The position numbers and the translations under genes were made by a program. A model generated the notes under the pieces. It saw only the letters and a program-made list of their open reading frames with translations, was not told where the DNA came from and searched no databases. Below, in pieces: positions 19,530 through 29,088 of a stretch of DNA of 64,000 bases. This stretch comes from Methanobacteriota archaeon (GTDB lineage Archaea; Methanobacteriota; Methanobacteria; Methanobacteriales; Methanobacteriaceae): positions 64,001 through 128,000 of the forward strand of contig CAWBCJ010000018.1 of assembly GCA_963787255.1 (NCBI GenBank), read 5' to 3'. Position 1 is the stretch's first letter. Every line of letters starts with the position of its first letter.

Positions 19530-19790
19530 TCAAATTCAAGACTTCTTGTATCTCAATGCTTCTTCAGAATCTGGATTTAAATCTAAACCATTCAAAAATC
19601 TTCGATTTTTGATGCCCCAAAATCAAAGCATGCAAAAACTTCGTTTTTGCTGCGTGAAAATTGAAAATTTTCACAGATTTTGTTGGCATTATCAAAACAT
19701 TCTAAAGCTTCACCATATCGCCCAAGTCTCTGATGAGCTTTCCCTTTCTCAAACCATATTATTAGCTTTTTACTCGGGTTCTTAATTTGT
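19530..19790 (-). pseudogene. TPR repeat remnant interrupted by a 98-bp insertion
   Basis: IWFEKGKAHQRLGRYGEALECFDN | LDLNPDSEEALRYKK on either side of the hairpin element. Confidence 0.75.
19589..19690. mobile_element. MITE/REP-like palindromic element (94 bp) flanked by a CATT direct repeat
   Basis: Three perfect hairpins with 3-nt loops plus an outer CAAAATC/GATTTTG stem; CATT at 19589-92 and 19687-90; excision restores the TPR frame. Confidence 0.7.
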
Positions 19791-20445
19791 TAGATAATCT
19801 ATATTTTTCTTCAAGTTTCATGATGGCATCATCAAAGAGAATCATTGACTTTTCCAAAATCAGTTTAACGGAATAATTACAGTTGTGACGCAAGTTGATG
19901 ATATTACGGGCCTTACCTTTTGATTCAATAAGTATTAGAGGGTAACTTCGACAGACTTGCGGTCTTGAATTATATATTCCACATTTATTTGTCTCAGGGT
20001 CAATGTATTTGCATGGTTGAATGTTTTTAAGTTCAAAATGTTCAGGGAAAAGTTTGTTACGTATGATTCCTTTTTTCAGGTTAGGGTTGAAAGTAAGAAG
20101 AGGATTCAATTCGTCTTTATGTATGAATATTGATTCTGATTCTCTGCAGCATCTTCCACAAATAGTGCACCATTCTTGATGTTCCTTGGCAATTTCATAG
20201 TTTGACGGGCCGCCTATTGCATCTAAGCTAAGGATTTCAGCAAGTTCTATTATTTCCTTAAGGTCTCCTTTAGTAACTCCTAATTTTTTGTATTTTTTAA
20301 CAGATCTTTTCTTTTTTAATCTTTTGAAGACAGCTTTCTCCAGGAGTTCAATCTCTTTGGAAGAATTTTCTTCTTTCTCTGATTCTAAAGCTTTTTTTCT
20401 GAGGTTTTTAAACAGTTCTTTGTCTATTAGAGTATCTCTTAACAT
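19762..20445 (-). CDS. YkgJ-family cysteine cluster (Fe-S/Zn) protein
   Basis: CTICGRCC, PCKY, CGIYNSRPQVCRSYP. Confidence 0.9.
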   Translation of the reverse strand: MLRDTLIDKELFKNLRKKALESEKEENSSKEIELLEKAVFKRLKKKRSVKKYKKLGVTKGDLKEIIELAEILSLDAIGGPSNYEIAKEHQEWCTICGRCCRESESIFIHKDELNPLLTFNPNLKKGIIRNKLFPEHFELKNIQPCKYIDPETNKCGIYNSRPQVCRSYPLILIESKGKARNIINLRHNCNYSVKLILEKSMILFDDAIMKLEEKYRLSNKLRTRVKS

Positions 20446-20587
20446 TTATAACACTCACTTCGTTGATTTTGTTGCAGCAGTTAGTAAATATTGATTACTT
20501 AGAAAAAATGGTCTTGTAGTGGATAAATTAGTCTTGATGATTTAAATAATTAATTCTAATACTTTATAAATTATGATAATTTAGAAT

Positions 20588-21245
20588 CTAAAGCTTACCC
20601 AAAGCTAACCTTGCAGCTTTTTGCTCTGCTTCTTTTTTACTTCCACCAAGGCATATCCCACGCTTTTCACCATTAATCATTACTGCTATGGTGAATGTTT
20701 TATTATGCGGTTCTCCTTCTTCTTTAATTAACTTATAAGTTATTTCAAGACAGTCCTGATCACATAATTGTTTTATTGATGATTTATAATCATGAAAAAG
20801 ACATCCTGATTCTTGATATGGGGTATGACAGTCTTAGAGAGAAATTCTTTTACAATTTCCAGGTATAAATCCAGATATAAATGCCCACAATAAATGATTC
20901 AAACACGTCGCTGACTATAGAATCAATTTCCCTTCGGCTTAATTCTGCGCCTGCACCTAATTTTATATATTGATCTAATCCTAATTCCATTGAATAAACG
21001 TAAAGTGCTTTTTTGCACACATAATTAGAACGTATACGGGTTAATTGGCCTTCAGTTAGCTGAGAATCATTATTATATGAAAATTCAGATACTACCTGAT
21101 CGAGAACTGCATCACCTTAAAATTCTAATCTCTCATAACATTTATTGATACTATTTTCATTGGAATAAGACTCGTGAAGAAAGGCTAACTCGGATGGGAT
21201 GAGTATTAATGGGTTCAATTGAAAGTTTTTTTAGTATTTGCACAT
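20588..21245 (-). pseudogene. rnc: Ribonuclease III pseudogene (bacterial type, with dsRBD)
   Basis: AFLHESY...YERLEF*GDAVL (TAA at 21117-21119), [17 protein letters not shown], then ds[11 protein letters not shown]...EEGEPHNKTF...GGSKKEAEQKAARLAL; several frameshifts. Confidence 0.92.
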
Positions 21246-21441
21246 TATCTAATTGTATTTGGGGTATATATGTTGATAATTCATTAAATAAAATATTTAT
21301 AAGGACCATAAAAACTTTTTTTTAATATTTAAAGATTCATCATCTCTTTTTTAGGTAGCTTTATTTAGGTATATTATTAAATAAAATTAAAATAATAATA
21401 TAAATTTAATCAATTTTATTAACTTATAAAAGGTGATAGTT

Positions 21442-21954
21442 ATGACTAGATTTGAAGAACTTTGTGAAAGCTATGCTAATGCGAGGAAAAAATTTTTTAA
21501 TTATGAGCATGAATGCATGGATTTTGGAAGTAAGATGGTAACTGGATTAGCAGAATATTTAGAATGCCCTCCAGAACAGGTTAATTACTACCCGCCGGAT
21601 AAAGAAAGTGATCCCAATGTTACTTATAATATACAGGGAGCTACAATACTTGGAGAAGAAGGATTTTGGCATGTTGGTATTGGTATTGGAATATATGAAG
21701 CTCCAAATGTCCGTCCACAAGAAAACGTAAGAAGTACACTTCTAATTAAAAAAGATAACAGTCACTTTATAGTGAAGTATGGTAAATTATCTAAGGATGA
21801 ATACAGAATATGTGAAGATAAGAAAGAGGATTTTAAAGAGTTCTATGATCATGTTTTTGAAGAAATTAGGGATTTATACGATAAACAGTTGGAAAATATG
21901 AAAAGAGGGGCTGAATTTGCCGAGGATCATGATGATTTAAGGTATATTCAATAA
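21442..21954 (+). CDS. Hypothetical protein
   Basis: AGGTG RBS; 170-aa ORF with normal composition. Confidence 0.75.
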   Translation: MTRFEELCESYANARKKFFNYEHECMDFGSKMVTGLAEYLECPPEQVNYYPPDKESDPNVTYNIQGATILGEEGFWHVGIGIGIYEAPNVRPQENVRSTLLIKKDNSHFIVKYGKLSKDEYRICEDKKEDFKEFYDHVFEEIRDLYDKQLENMKRGAEFAEDHDDLRYIQ

Positions 21955-22056
21955 AAATAGACATTAAATTTGATATTTATTATAGATGTGGTTTTAGAAA
22001 TTTAAGATATTTTTAAGGGTTAACTAACCAAAATACAGATCTAGAATTCTCTTATT

Positions 22057-22485
22057 TTATAAAATGTTTAATGCCTTCAAAATTTTATCTATGCCGTGTC
22101 TTGTACTTAGTACCCTACCCAGCATGGTGCCTGCTGTAATACTGAAGATAATAGCCAGTAAAGGAGCGCCTTGCATCCAATATCCCAGAAAATGTGCTCT
22201 GGTGAATACGAAAATCAAATAAAAAACGAGGATAACTGCACCAATCCAATCTATTCGACCAATCACATTGCAAGTTTCTTTGTCCCAACTTAGGCGGTAC
22301 ATGCGGCTGACTATGGTACCTACACCCAAACCAATAAGTATTCCAAATATTGCCAGTGGAATTGTAAACGTGCTTTGTATCACTTCAAATGCTATTACAA
22401 CTAACATGATAAGCAATACAAGTATGTAGATTCTCAGTCGTCTAATAAGGCGTGGATCAAGATATTGTTTTATGGGGAGGTTCAT
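22057..22485 (-). CDS. Four-TM membrane protein
   Basis: Four hydrophobic segments. Confidence 0.75.
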   Translation of the reverse strand: MNLPIKQYLDPRLIRRLRIYILVLLIMLVVIAFEVIQSTFTIPLAIFGILIGLGVGTIVSRMYRLSWDKETCNVIGRIDWIGAVILVFYLIFVFTRAHFLGYWMQGAPLLAIIFSITAGTMLGRVLSTRHGIDKILKALNIL

Positions 22486-22556
22486 TTTTTTTATTCATCT
22501 TTATCTTAAAAAAATTTATTATACATTAAGTTAATTCGTGGAATTTTAAGAATAAT

Positions 22557-23546
22557 TTACCCAAACCATTGTTCTAGGCTTTTTTGAGCAGGATTTAATT
22601 TTTTAAGCTTATCTAAAGCTCCAACTACTCGATCTACTGAAAAATCATGTTTCTCGCATAGAAAGTCTATTACTCCATCTGTATCTGGTTTATTCCATTT
22701 TATCTCGTAATCATCAACGAAATCATGGTCTAAAAATATATCTCTAATTTCCTGTGGATTAACATCCATTTCAATTTTTAGGTGCTTTAAAACGCTGTAA
22801 ACATCGCCGTGTTTTTTAATTAAGTTACGGCCTTTTTTAGCCCCAATTCCTTTTATTCCTTCGTTAAAGTCGGTTCCAACAAGAATTGCAACATCAACAA
22901 GCTGTTCACGTGTTAATTCATTTTGCTCTAAAACTTCATTAAGGTAAATTATCTCTAACCTTGATCTGGGTCCTCGAACAGCTATATTTTTAAGCATTCT
23001 CGGCGCACCAAATAAGATACAGTCATAATCCTGCGAAGCAACGCACCATGCATCCCCTTTATGAGCCATATATGATGCTTGAGCTTCTCCTTCAGATTTA
23101 GCTTGAACATAAGGAATTCCCATTAATTCTAGGAGAGCCTTAGACCCTTCAATGATTCCAGTAGACATTCTAGATGATCGAACTGCGAATTTCCGTGCAT
23201 CTTCAATTCTTCCTTCATCAACAGCTTTTTTCCATTGTATTTCAGCTTCATCCCGTATTTCCCGTCTTGCAGCTTGCGTATCTTTTTTTAGAACATGGGG
23301 CTTACCATCAAAAACATAAATAGGTTTTATTCCTTTATCAACAAGTGATGAAGTCCTGTAAAGAATACCGCTGAAGTGAGATGTGACATTTCCTTCATGA
23401 TCCATTAAAGGTGTGCCGTCCATCTGTCTTATGCTTGTTAAAAACTGATAAATTGTATTTGCAGCATCTAATGCCACAACTTTACCTTTTAATTCGCTTA
23501 GTTTTATTTCATGAGAAGATGCAATGTCTCTAAATTTCAATCCCAT
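22557..23546 (-). CDS. fen: Flap endonuclease 1
   Basis: DAANTIYQFL, EGEAQA, SQDYD, GTDFNEGIKGIG, PIP box QKSLEQWF. Confidence 0.97.
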   Translation of the reverse strand: MGLKFRDIASSHEIKLSELKGKVVALDAANTIYQFLTSIRQMDGTPLMDHEGNVTSHFSGILYRTSSLVDKGIKPIYVFDGKPHVLKKDTQAARREIRDEAEIQWKKAVDEGRIEDARKFAVRSSRMSTGIIEGSKALLELMGIPYVQAKSEGEAQASYMAHKGDAWCVASQDYDCILFGAPRMLKNIAVRGPRSRLEIIYLNEVLEQNELTREQLVDVAILVGTDFNEGIKGIGAKKGRNLIKKHGDVYSVLKHLKIEMDVNPQEIRDIFLDHDFVDDYEIKWNKPDTDGVIDFLCEKHDFSVDRVVGALDKLKKLNPAQKSLEQWFG

Positions 23547-23595
23547 TCATATCACCTATTGACACAAAAATATAATTTAACTTATAAAAAATAGT

Positions 23596-24135
23596 TTAAT
23601 CCCTAAATAAACTATATGGAAATGTTTCTTTTATCCTGATTAAAACTTCATCTTTATAGATGATGTTGTAACTTCGTGTAAGCATAATTGAATCTGTAGA
23701 GAATATCTTCTTAAGTTCATCATCTGGCTGTTCAGCACCAATATGTGTTACTTCTCTTCTAGACTCAATGTTGTATTTCTTTAAAATCCGGCCGATTGGA
23801 ATATCTGCCTTTAAAAGATCTTCTTTGAAGTCATTGTCAAGTCGTTTAATGGGAGTTAATGATATAGCATGTATAAGTGGTTCTTCTGGATTATGACTCA
23901 TAACAACTGCCCTATAATTGATAGTTTCTCCTTTATCGATGCCTAAATCTCTGGCGGACTCCTCATCAGATTCCCTAAATTCCTGAATAAGTGTATTGAC
24001 ATCTATATGCCCTTTCAAGACGTCAAGTATTGTTGTTACTGATCCATCAGTTGCAAGGAGTATCTTTTGAGCACTGGAAAGATTTCCAATGCTTTCTTCT
24101 AATTCTTTTATTTCTTCCATTACATTTACGTTCAT
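23596..24135 (-). CDS. Chorismate lyase-like (DUF98/UTRA) protein
   Basis: LLATDGSVT, ADIPIGRIL, IKETFP. Confidence 0.85.
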   Translation of the reverse strand: MNVNVMEEIKELEESIGNLSSAQKILLATDGSVTTILDVLKGHIDVNTLIQEFRESDEESARDLGIDKGETINYRAVVMSHNPEEPLIHAISLTPIKRLDNDFKEDLLKADIPIGRILKKYNIESRREVTHIGAEQPDDELKKIFSTDSIMLTRSYNIIYKDEVLIRIKETFPYSLFRD

Positions 24136-24264
24136 AGTGGTCCCTTAGTAGAGTTTTTTAAATATAAATGAACTTAAATGAATTTTTTAATGATTTATAA
24201 AAAATTTTTTTTTAATTAGTTCCCTTTTTCCATAGATGATGATTTTATTTTTGAGTGTTGGATT

Positions 24265-25512
24265 TTATAGCTCTTGAGGATTAGCTATTTCTCCTTTAAT
24301 TGCTGAATAAGCAGCTACCGCTGGATTAGCAAGATATAAATATGATTCTGGATCTCCCATTCTGCCAACAAAATTTCTGTTGGTGGTGGAAATACATACC
24401 TCATCTTTCCCTAAAACTCCCATATGGGCTCCAAGACATGGTCCGCATCCTGGATTGCATACAATACCGCCGGCATTGATAAATGTATCAATAAGTCCTT
24501 CTTTTATGGCATCAGAATATATATTGGCTGATGCTGGAACTACAATCAATCTAACATCTTCATGCACTTTATTTCCTTTTAAAACTTCAGCTCCTATCCT
24601 TAAATCTTCAAGTCGTCCATTAGTGCATGATCCTATAAATGCCTGGTCAATAGATTTGCCTTCAATTGAGGAGATGCCCACTACATTATCCACGTCATGT
24701 GGGCATGATATTTGTGGTTCCATACCGGTAACATCAAAAAAATACTCCTTCTGATAATTCGCGTCTTTATCTGACTTTACAATTTCAAAATCAGTAACTC
24801 TTACGTTTTTCAGGTATTCAAGGGTGTTTTTGTTGGGTTCCATTATTCCATTTTTAGCGCCGAGCTCAATGGCCATGTTACAAATGGTCATTCTCCCTGA
24901 AACGTCCATTGATTCAATTATTCCCCCGTGAAACTCTAAAGTCTTGTAAGTCGCGCCTGAAGATCCTATTTCTCCAGCTATATTTAATATAACATCTTTA
25001 GCTGTTACATATTTATCTAAATTACCATTTACATTTATTTGCAATGCTTCAGGTACCATAAACCAGGTTTTGCCTGTTGCATAAACCATTGCAACATCTG
25101 TTGCACCCATACCTGTTGCAAACGCTCCAAATGCACCATAAGTGCATGTATGTGAATCTGCACCTACTACAACGCTTCCAGGTTTAATATATCCTTTTTC
25201 AGGAAGTACTTGGTGACAAATTCCTTCACCGTGGGCATATATATTTTTTATGCCCTGTTTTCTGGCAAATTTCCTTGTAACTTTTTGAAATTCAGCAGAA
25301 CCTATGTTATTTGCAGGAATATTATGATCAAAAACAATAACGATTTTTTCAGGATCCCAGACTTTATCAGCGATTTTGTTAAAAGTATTTATGGTTGGAG
25401 GTGATGTTCCATCGTGGCTCATAGCTAAATCCACTTCAGCTTCAATGATTTCACCGGGACGTACTTCATTTTTCCCTGAAGCTCTTGAAAGAATTTTTTC
25501 AGTGATATTCAT
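24265..25512 (-). CDS. aksD: Homoaconitase / isopropylmalate dehydratase-type large subunit
   Basis: GICHQ, DSHTCT, GSCTNGR, CGPCLG; adjacent to aksA; ATG 25512. Confidence 0.85.
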   Translation of the reverse strand: MNITEKILSRASGKNEVRPGEIIEAEVDLAMSHDGTSPPTINTFNKIADKVWDPEKIVIVFDHNIPANNIGSAEFQKVTRKFARKQGIKNIYAHGEGICHQVLPEKGYIKPGSVVVGADSHTCTYGAFGAFATGMGATDVAMVYATGKTWFMVPEALQINVNGNLDKYVTAKDVILNIAGEIGSSGATYKTLEFHGGIIESMDVSGRMTICNMAIELGAKNGIMEPNKNTLEYLKNVRVTDFEIVKSDKDANYQKEYFFDVTGMEPQISCPHDVDNVVGISSIEGKSIDQAFIGSCTNGRLEDLRIGAEVLKGNKVHEDVRLIVVPASANIYSDAIKEGLIDTFINAGGIVCNPGCGPCLGAHMGVLGKDEVCISTTNRNFVGRMGDPESYLYLANPAVAAYSAIKGEIANPQEL

Positions 25513-25558
25513 GTAAATCAAACCTCTAAATATATATTCAAAAAAATAATTGGTTATA

Positions 25559-26746
25559 TTATAAATCTGCAAGACCACGTACAGATCTTACAATTTGGTT
25601 AAAGAGTTCATCGTTTATGTATTTGCCTTTTTCTCTACTCATCTTTATTTGTTCGACAATCTTACATAATTCATCTTTGGAAACTTCAATTCCACATCCT
25701 TCAAGCTTTGCTCTAACTGCTCTGCAGCCTGAATGCTTTCCAAGAACAATTCGCCTGCTGTGACCAATCATTTCTGGTAAAAATGGTTCATAGGTGAGAG
25801 GTTCTTCAATAACCGCATCTACATGGATTCCTGATTCGTGTCGGAATACATTTCTTCCTACAATTGGTTTATTTTCAGGTACTTTAACATTTGTAAGCTC
25901 TTCAACGAGTTTTGAAAGCTCACAGAATTTTTTAATATTAAAATCTAAATCTAATCCATAAACTAAAGTTAATGCCATTACCAATTCTTCAAGGGCGGCA
26001 TTACCTGCTCTTTCGCCTATTCCATTTACAGTAGTTGATACTGCAGTGGCACCGGCAGCAAGACCTGCAATGGAGTTTGCAATTGCCATACCGAAGTCAT
26101 TGTGGCAGTGCATAGCTATTCCTGTTTTAATATCTTTTCTTAACTCCCTTACAAGGTAATCTGTACCTTGAGGACTTATTGCACCAACTGTATCAGCTAT
26201 ATGTACCCGATCTACTCCATATTCTTCGGCTCTTTTATAGATCTTTTTTAGAAAACCTAAATCAGTTCTTGTGGCGTCTTCAGCTGAAAAAGCCACGAAA
26301 ATACCGTGATCTTTAGCATGCTCAATTGATTTCATGCATATATTTAAGGCCTGCTCTTGGGTCATTTTTAGTTTATGTTTTAGGTGGAGATCAGAGGTTG
26401 CCATGAATGTTATTATCCCATCTACATCGCAATCTATGGCAGTATCGATATCTTCTTTCTTAGTCCTTGATAAAACAATTATATCTGCGTCTAAATCCTC
26501 ATTTACAATTGCTTTAATTGATCTTTTTTCTTCACTGGAAACTATAGGGAAACCCGCTTCTATTTGGTCTATTCCAAGCTCGTCAAGTTTTCTCGCGATT
26601 TTTAACTTTTCAGGTGTCCTCAAACATACTCCTGGAGTTTGTTCTCCATCTCTCATTGTTGTATCATATATTGTAATATTGTCTGGAAATTTTACATCTG
26701 CGGCTTTATTGAAAGGACTAACGAAATACTCCAATATTATTCCCAC
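25559..26746 (-). CDS. aksA: Homocitrate synthase (coenzyme B pathway)
   Basis: DTTMRDGEQ, HCHND, GIGERAGN, HESGIH; no LeuA regulatory domain. Confidence 0.88.
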   Translation of the reverse strand: MGIILEYFVSPFNKAADVKFPDNITIYDTTMRDGEQTPGVCLRTPEKLKIARKLDELGIDQIEAGFPIVSSEEKRSIKAIVNEDLDADIIVLSRTKKEDIDTAIDCDVDGIITFMATSDLHLKHKLKMTQEQALNICMKSIEHAKDHGIFVAFSAEDATRTDLGFLKKIYKRAEEYGVDRVHIADTVGAISPQGTDYLVRELRKDIKTGIAMHCHNDFGMAIANSIAGLAAGATAVSTTVNGIGERAGNAALEELVMALTLVYGLDLDFNIKKFCELSKLVEELTNVKVPENKPIVGRNVFRHESGIHVDAVIEEPLTYEPFLPEMIGHSRRIVLGKHSGCRAVRAKLEGCGIEVSKDELCKIVEQIKMSREKGKYINDELFNQIVRSVRGLADL

Positions 26747-27142
26747 CTTTAGCTTATTAAATTTAAAATAATGCTCTTTTCAGTTTAAGACACAATTTCT
26801 AAATCATTAAAATTGTTAGGTTTTTTATATACTATGTACTTTTTGTTTTTAATTATATAACTATTGTATTATGCACATTTTTTTGATGATTAATTGTCTT
26901 TTTTGAGTTTATTATATTTAAGCAGCACTAGGAAGCCGAGTTCCATCTACAAAATATCATTGAAGGCTATATTTTATAAAATTATAAAAAAGTCACAACT
27001 TTGATAGAAATTTATAATGAATTCATACTTCTAAATTTTAAAAATAAATTAAACTATAGTTTTTAATTGATTAAGTCTATTAAATTAAAAATTTAGCGAA
27101 AAATAAGTATATGAAAAGATGAAATCATTAAAATTAGGATTT

Positions 27143-27700
27143 TTAACCTTTATAAATACCCATTAATTCCAAATAAGACTTTCGTTCAAATCCACTATCG
27201 ATTCCCAATTTTTTATATATTTTAAATATTTCATCAAGTGCATCTTTAAAATCTTCGCCTTCTTCCACGTCTTTTTCTATTTCTACAAATTTTCCAACTT
27301 TAAGCACGTTGTCCAGGGTTATTATGTATTCTTTGAATAAATAAGTAGTTCTTTCCTTTTCAACATCTGCAGCTGGCTTAAATCCAAGATTTTCTAAAAT
27401 AGAACTCATTATTTCAGCATTTTCAATGCCAACTTCCAGTTCTTTACGTGTTTTGCTCACTTCATCCATTTTAGCGCCTTTATAGGTAACAAATATCCTG
27501 GATTTTTCTTTGTTTATGGTAGTATTTCGTATTCTTAAAGCTTCATCAGTTTTTTCAAAATCTCTAAATGAAGGATTGTTGAAATAAGTATCTATCTGGT
27601 GTTCTGTTTTGTTTTTTTCTGCACCAATTTGCTTTAATTTAGATTCAACATCACTGAAACTGTTAACATGAGCTTTAACTTCCACTTCTATCATTTTCAT
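27143..27700 (-). CDS. cyaB: CYTH-domain protein (class IV adenylate cyclase family)
   Basis: EVEVK, DTYF, ALRIR, FVEIE, SYLEL. Confidence 0.9.
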   Translation of the reverse strand: MKMIEVEVKAHVNSFSDVESKLKQIGAEKNKTEHQIDTYFNNPSFRDFEKTDEALRIRNTTINKEKSRIFVTYKGAKMDEVSKTRKELEVGIENAEIMSSILENLGFKPAADVEKERTTYLFKEYIITLDNVLKVGKFVEIEKDVEEGEDFKDALDEIFKIYKKLGIDSGFERKSYLELMGIYKG

Positions 27701-27819
27701 CGCCTGAATATTTTTTTCCTATTTTCTATTTGTATTTATCTATAGCCAATTTATGAATTTTACGATAGATACAAATGAATTATTATCATTGAATAAGAAT
27801 TATTTAGGGTTCATATTCT

Positions 27820-28224
27820 TCATTTTTTGAATAAAGTAGCTACATACTTTTTAGCATTTTTTATTTGTGCTAAATAATCGTCAATCATATATTCAATGGA
27901 CTCATACGGGGCAATTTTAAGGTCCCGCTCATCAATAAACTTCCTTTTCTCTTTAATTTTATTTTTTAAAGATTTTTTATCAGTTCCAGCTTCAAATTTA
28001 GAAGAATCTCCAATATCCCTGATTTTATCCATATAATCTTTCCTAATAACTCGCGTATCCATTCGAATATTATATCGAATATGTTCTAACACCTTTTCAA
28101 TATTTCTAAGTTCTTCAAAAATAATACGGGCGTCCTCTTTACTTTGAGGAAATATTTCTTTGCCTTCAATTTCAAGATCCTGGATCTGATTCTGATAAAC
28201 TTTTGGGCTAATCATGATTTTCAC
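27820..28224 (-). CDS. Hypothetical helical protein, paralogue of 12663..13115
   Basis: Shared DxRxIR..Y and ER...PY..I..M.DDYL.QI motifs. Confidence 0.75.
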   Translation of the reverse strand: MKIMISPKVYQNQIQDLEIEGKEIFPQSKEDARIIFEELRNIEKVLEHIRYNIRMDTRVIRKDYMDKIRDIGDSSKFEAGTDKKSLKNKIKEKRKFIDERDLKIAPYESIEYMIDDYLAQIKNAKKYVATLFKK

Positions 28225-28507
28225 TTGAGTAAAAGTGTGAGTATTTAAGAAACATATATAAATAAATTTTATCTATTATAAATATTGTTGAAAAAGATCT
28301 CTTAAATAATATCTATTAATAACGAGAAACATTAAAATAACAGAAATAACAATATCATTTTAAACTACATTTTTAAATGATTTTTTTCAAAGTGTAAAAA
28401 AGATTTTATCAGAATGACTATCCTAAACTCAATTTACATGGACAATTTTTGATATTCAGCAATTTACATTTAATTCAATGAAAAATGAATAATTTGGAGG
28501 AATATAT

Positions 28508-29053
28508 TTGACAGATGTACCAATAAAAGTTGAAAATATTGTAGCTTCTGCAACTCTTGGAAAGTCAATTGAGCTTCCTAGGGTAGCTCCTGCACTTGAG
28601 GGCGTGGAATATAATCTTGAGCAATTCCCAGGACTTGTATACAAGCTTAAAGAGCCTAAAACAGCTGCACTTATATTTGGATCTGGGAAATTAGTATGCA
28701 CTGGAGCTAAATCCATAGAAGATTCAATAAAAGCTATACACATAGCTGTGGACAAAATGAGGTCCCTTGATACAGAAATACCTAAAGAATTTGAAATTAA
28801 AATACAGAACATAGTTGCTTCCGCAAATCTAGGAAAAACACTAAATCTTGAAGCAGTGGCTCTAGATTTAGAAAACACAGAATATGAACCAGAACAATTC
28901 CCAGGTCTTGTATACAGACTTGAAGATCCTAAAGTGGTACTTTTATTGTTTGGTTCAGGAAAAGTAGTATGTACTGGTGCAAAAAGCTTTGATGATGCCC
29001 AACTTGGCGTTGAAAAAACGAAAGAAAGATTGGGTGAATTGGATTTAATTTAA
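28508..29053 (+). CDS. tbp: TATA-box binding protein
   Basis: Two repeats of NIVAS...EQFPGLVY...FGSGKxVCTGAKS; TTG start after GGAGG. Confidence 0.98.
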   Translation: MTDVPIKVENIVASATLGKSIELPRVAPALEGVEYNLEQFPGLVYKLKEPKTAALIFGSGKLVCTGAKSIEDSIKAIHIAVDKMRSLDTEIPKEFEIKIQNIVASANLGKTLNLEAVALDLENTEYEPEQFPGLVYRLEDPKVVLLLFGSGKVVCTGAKSFDDAQLGVEKTKERLGELDLI

Positions 29054-29088
29054 ATCCTACAACAATTTGATTTAATATCGGTGATCTT

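Noticed and set aside
17250-19690. Palindromic repeats considered as a CRISPR array
   Set aside because: No regular repeat-spacer period, copies are dispersed and heterogeneous, and there are no cas genes.
19498-19785. 95-aa plus-strand ORF
   Set aside because: It is the antisense of the TPR remnant plus the palindromic insert (KNLRFL, QKLRFC are repeat-derived); no RBS.
25513-25578. Upstream extension of aksD in the ORF track
   Set aside because: It overlaps the aksA end; the RBS-supported ATG is at 25512 (MNITEKIL).
26920-26960. GC-richer patch upstream of aksA (minus strand GTAGATGGAACTCGGC) resembling the start of a fluoride riboswitch or a C/D sRNA
   Set aside because: The pairing and downstream conserved elements are missing, there is no D box, and only a 4-bp stem is present.
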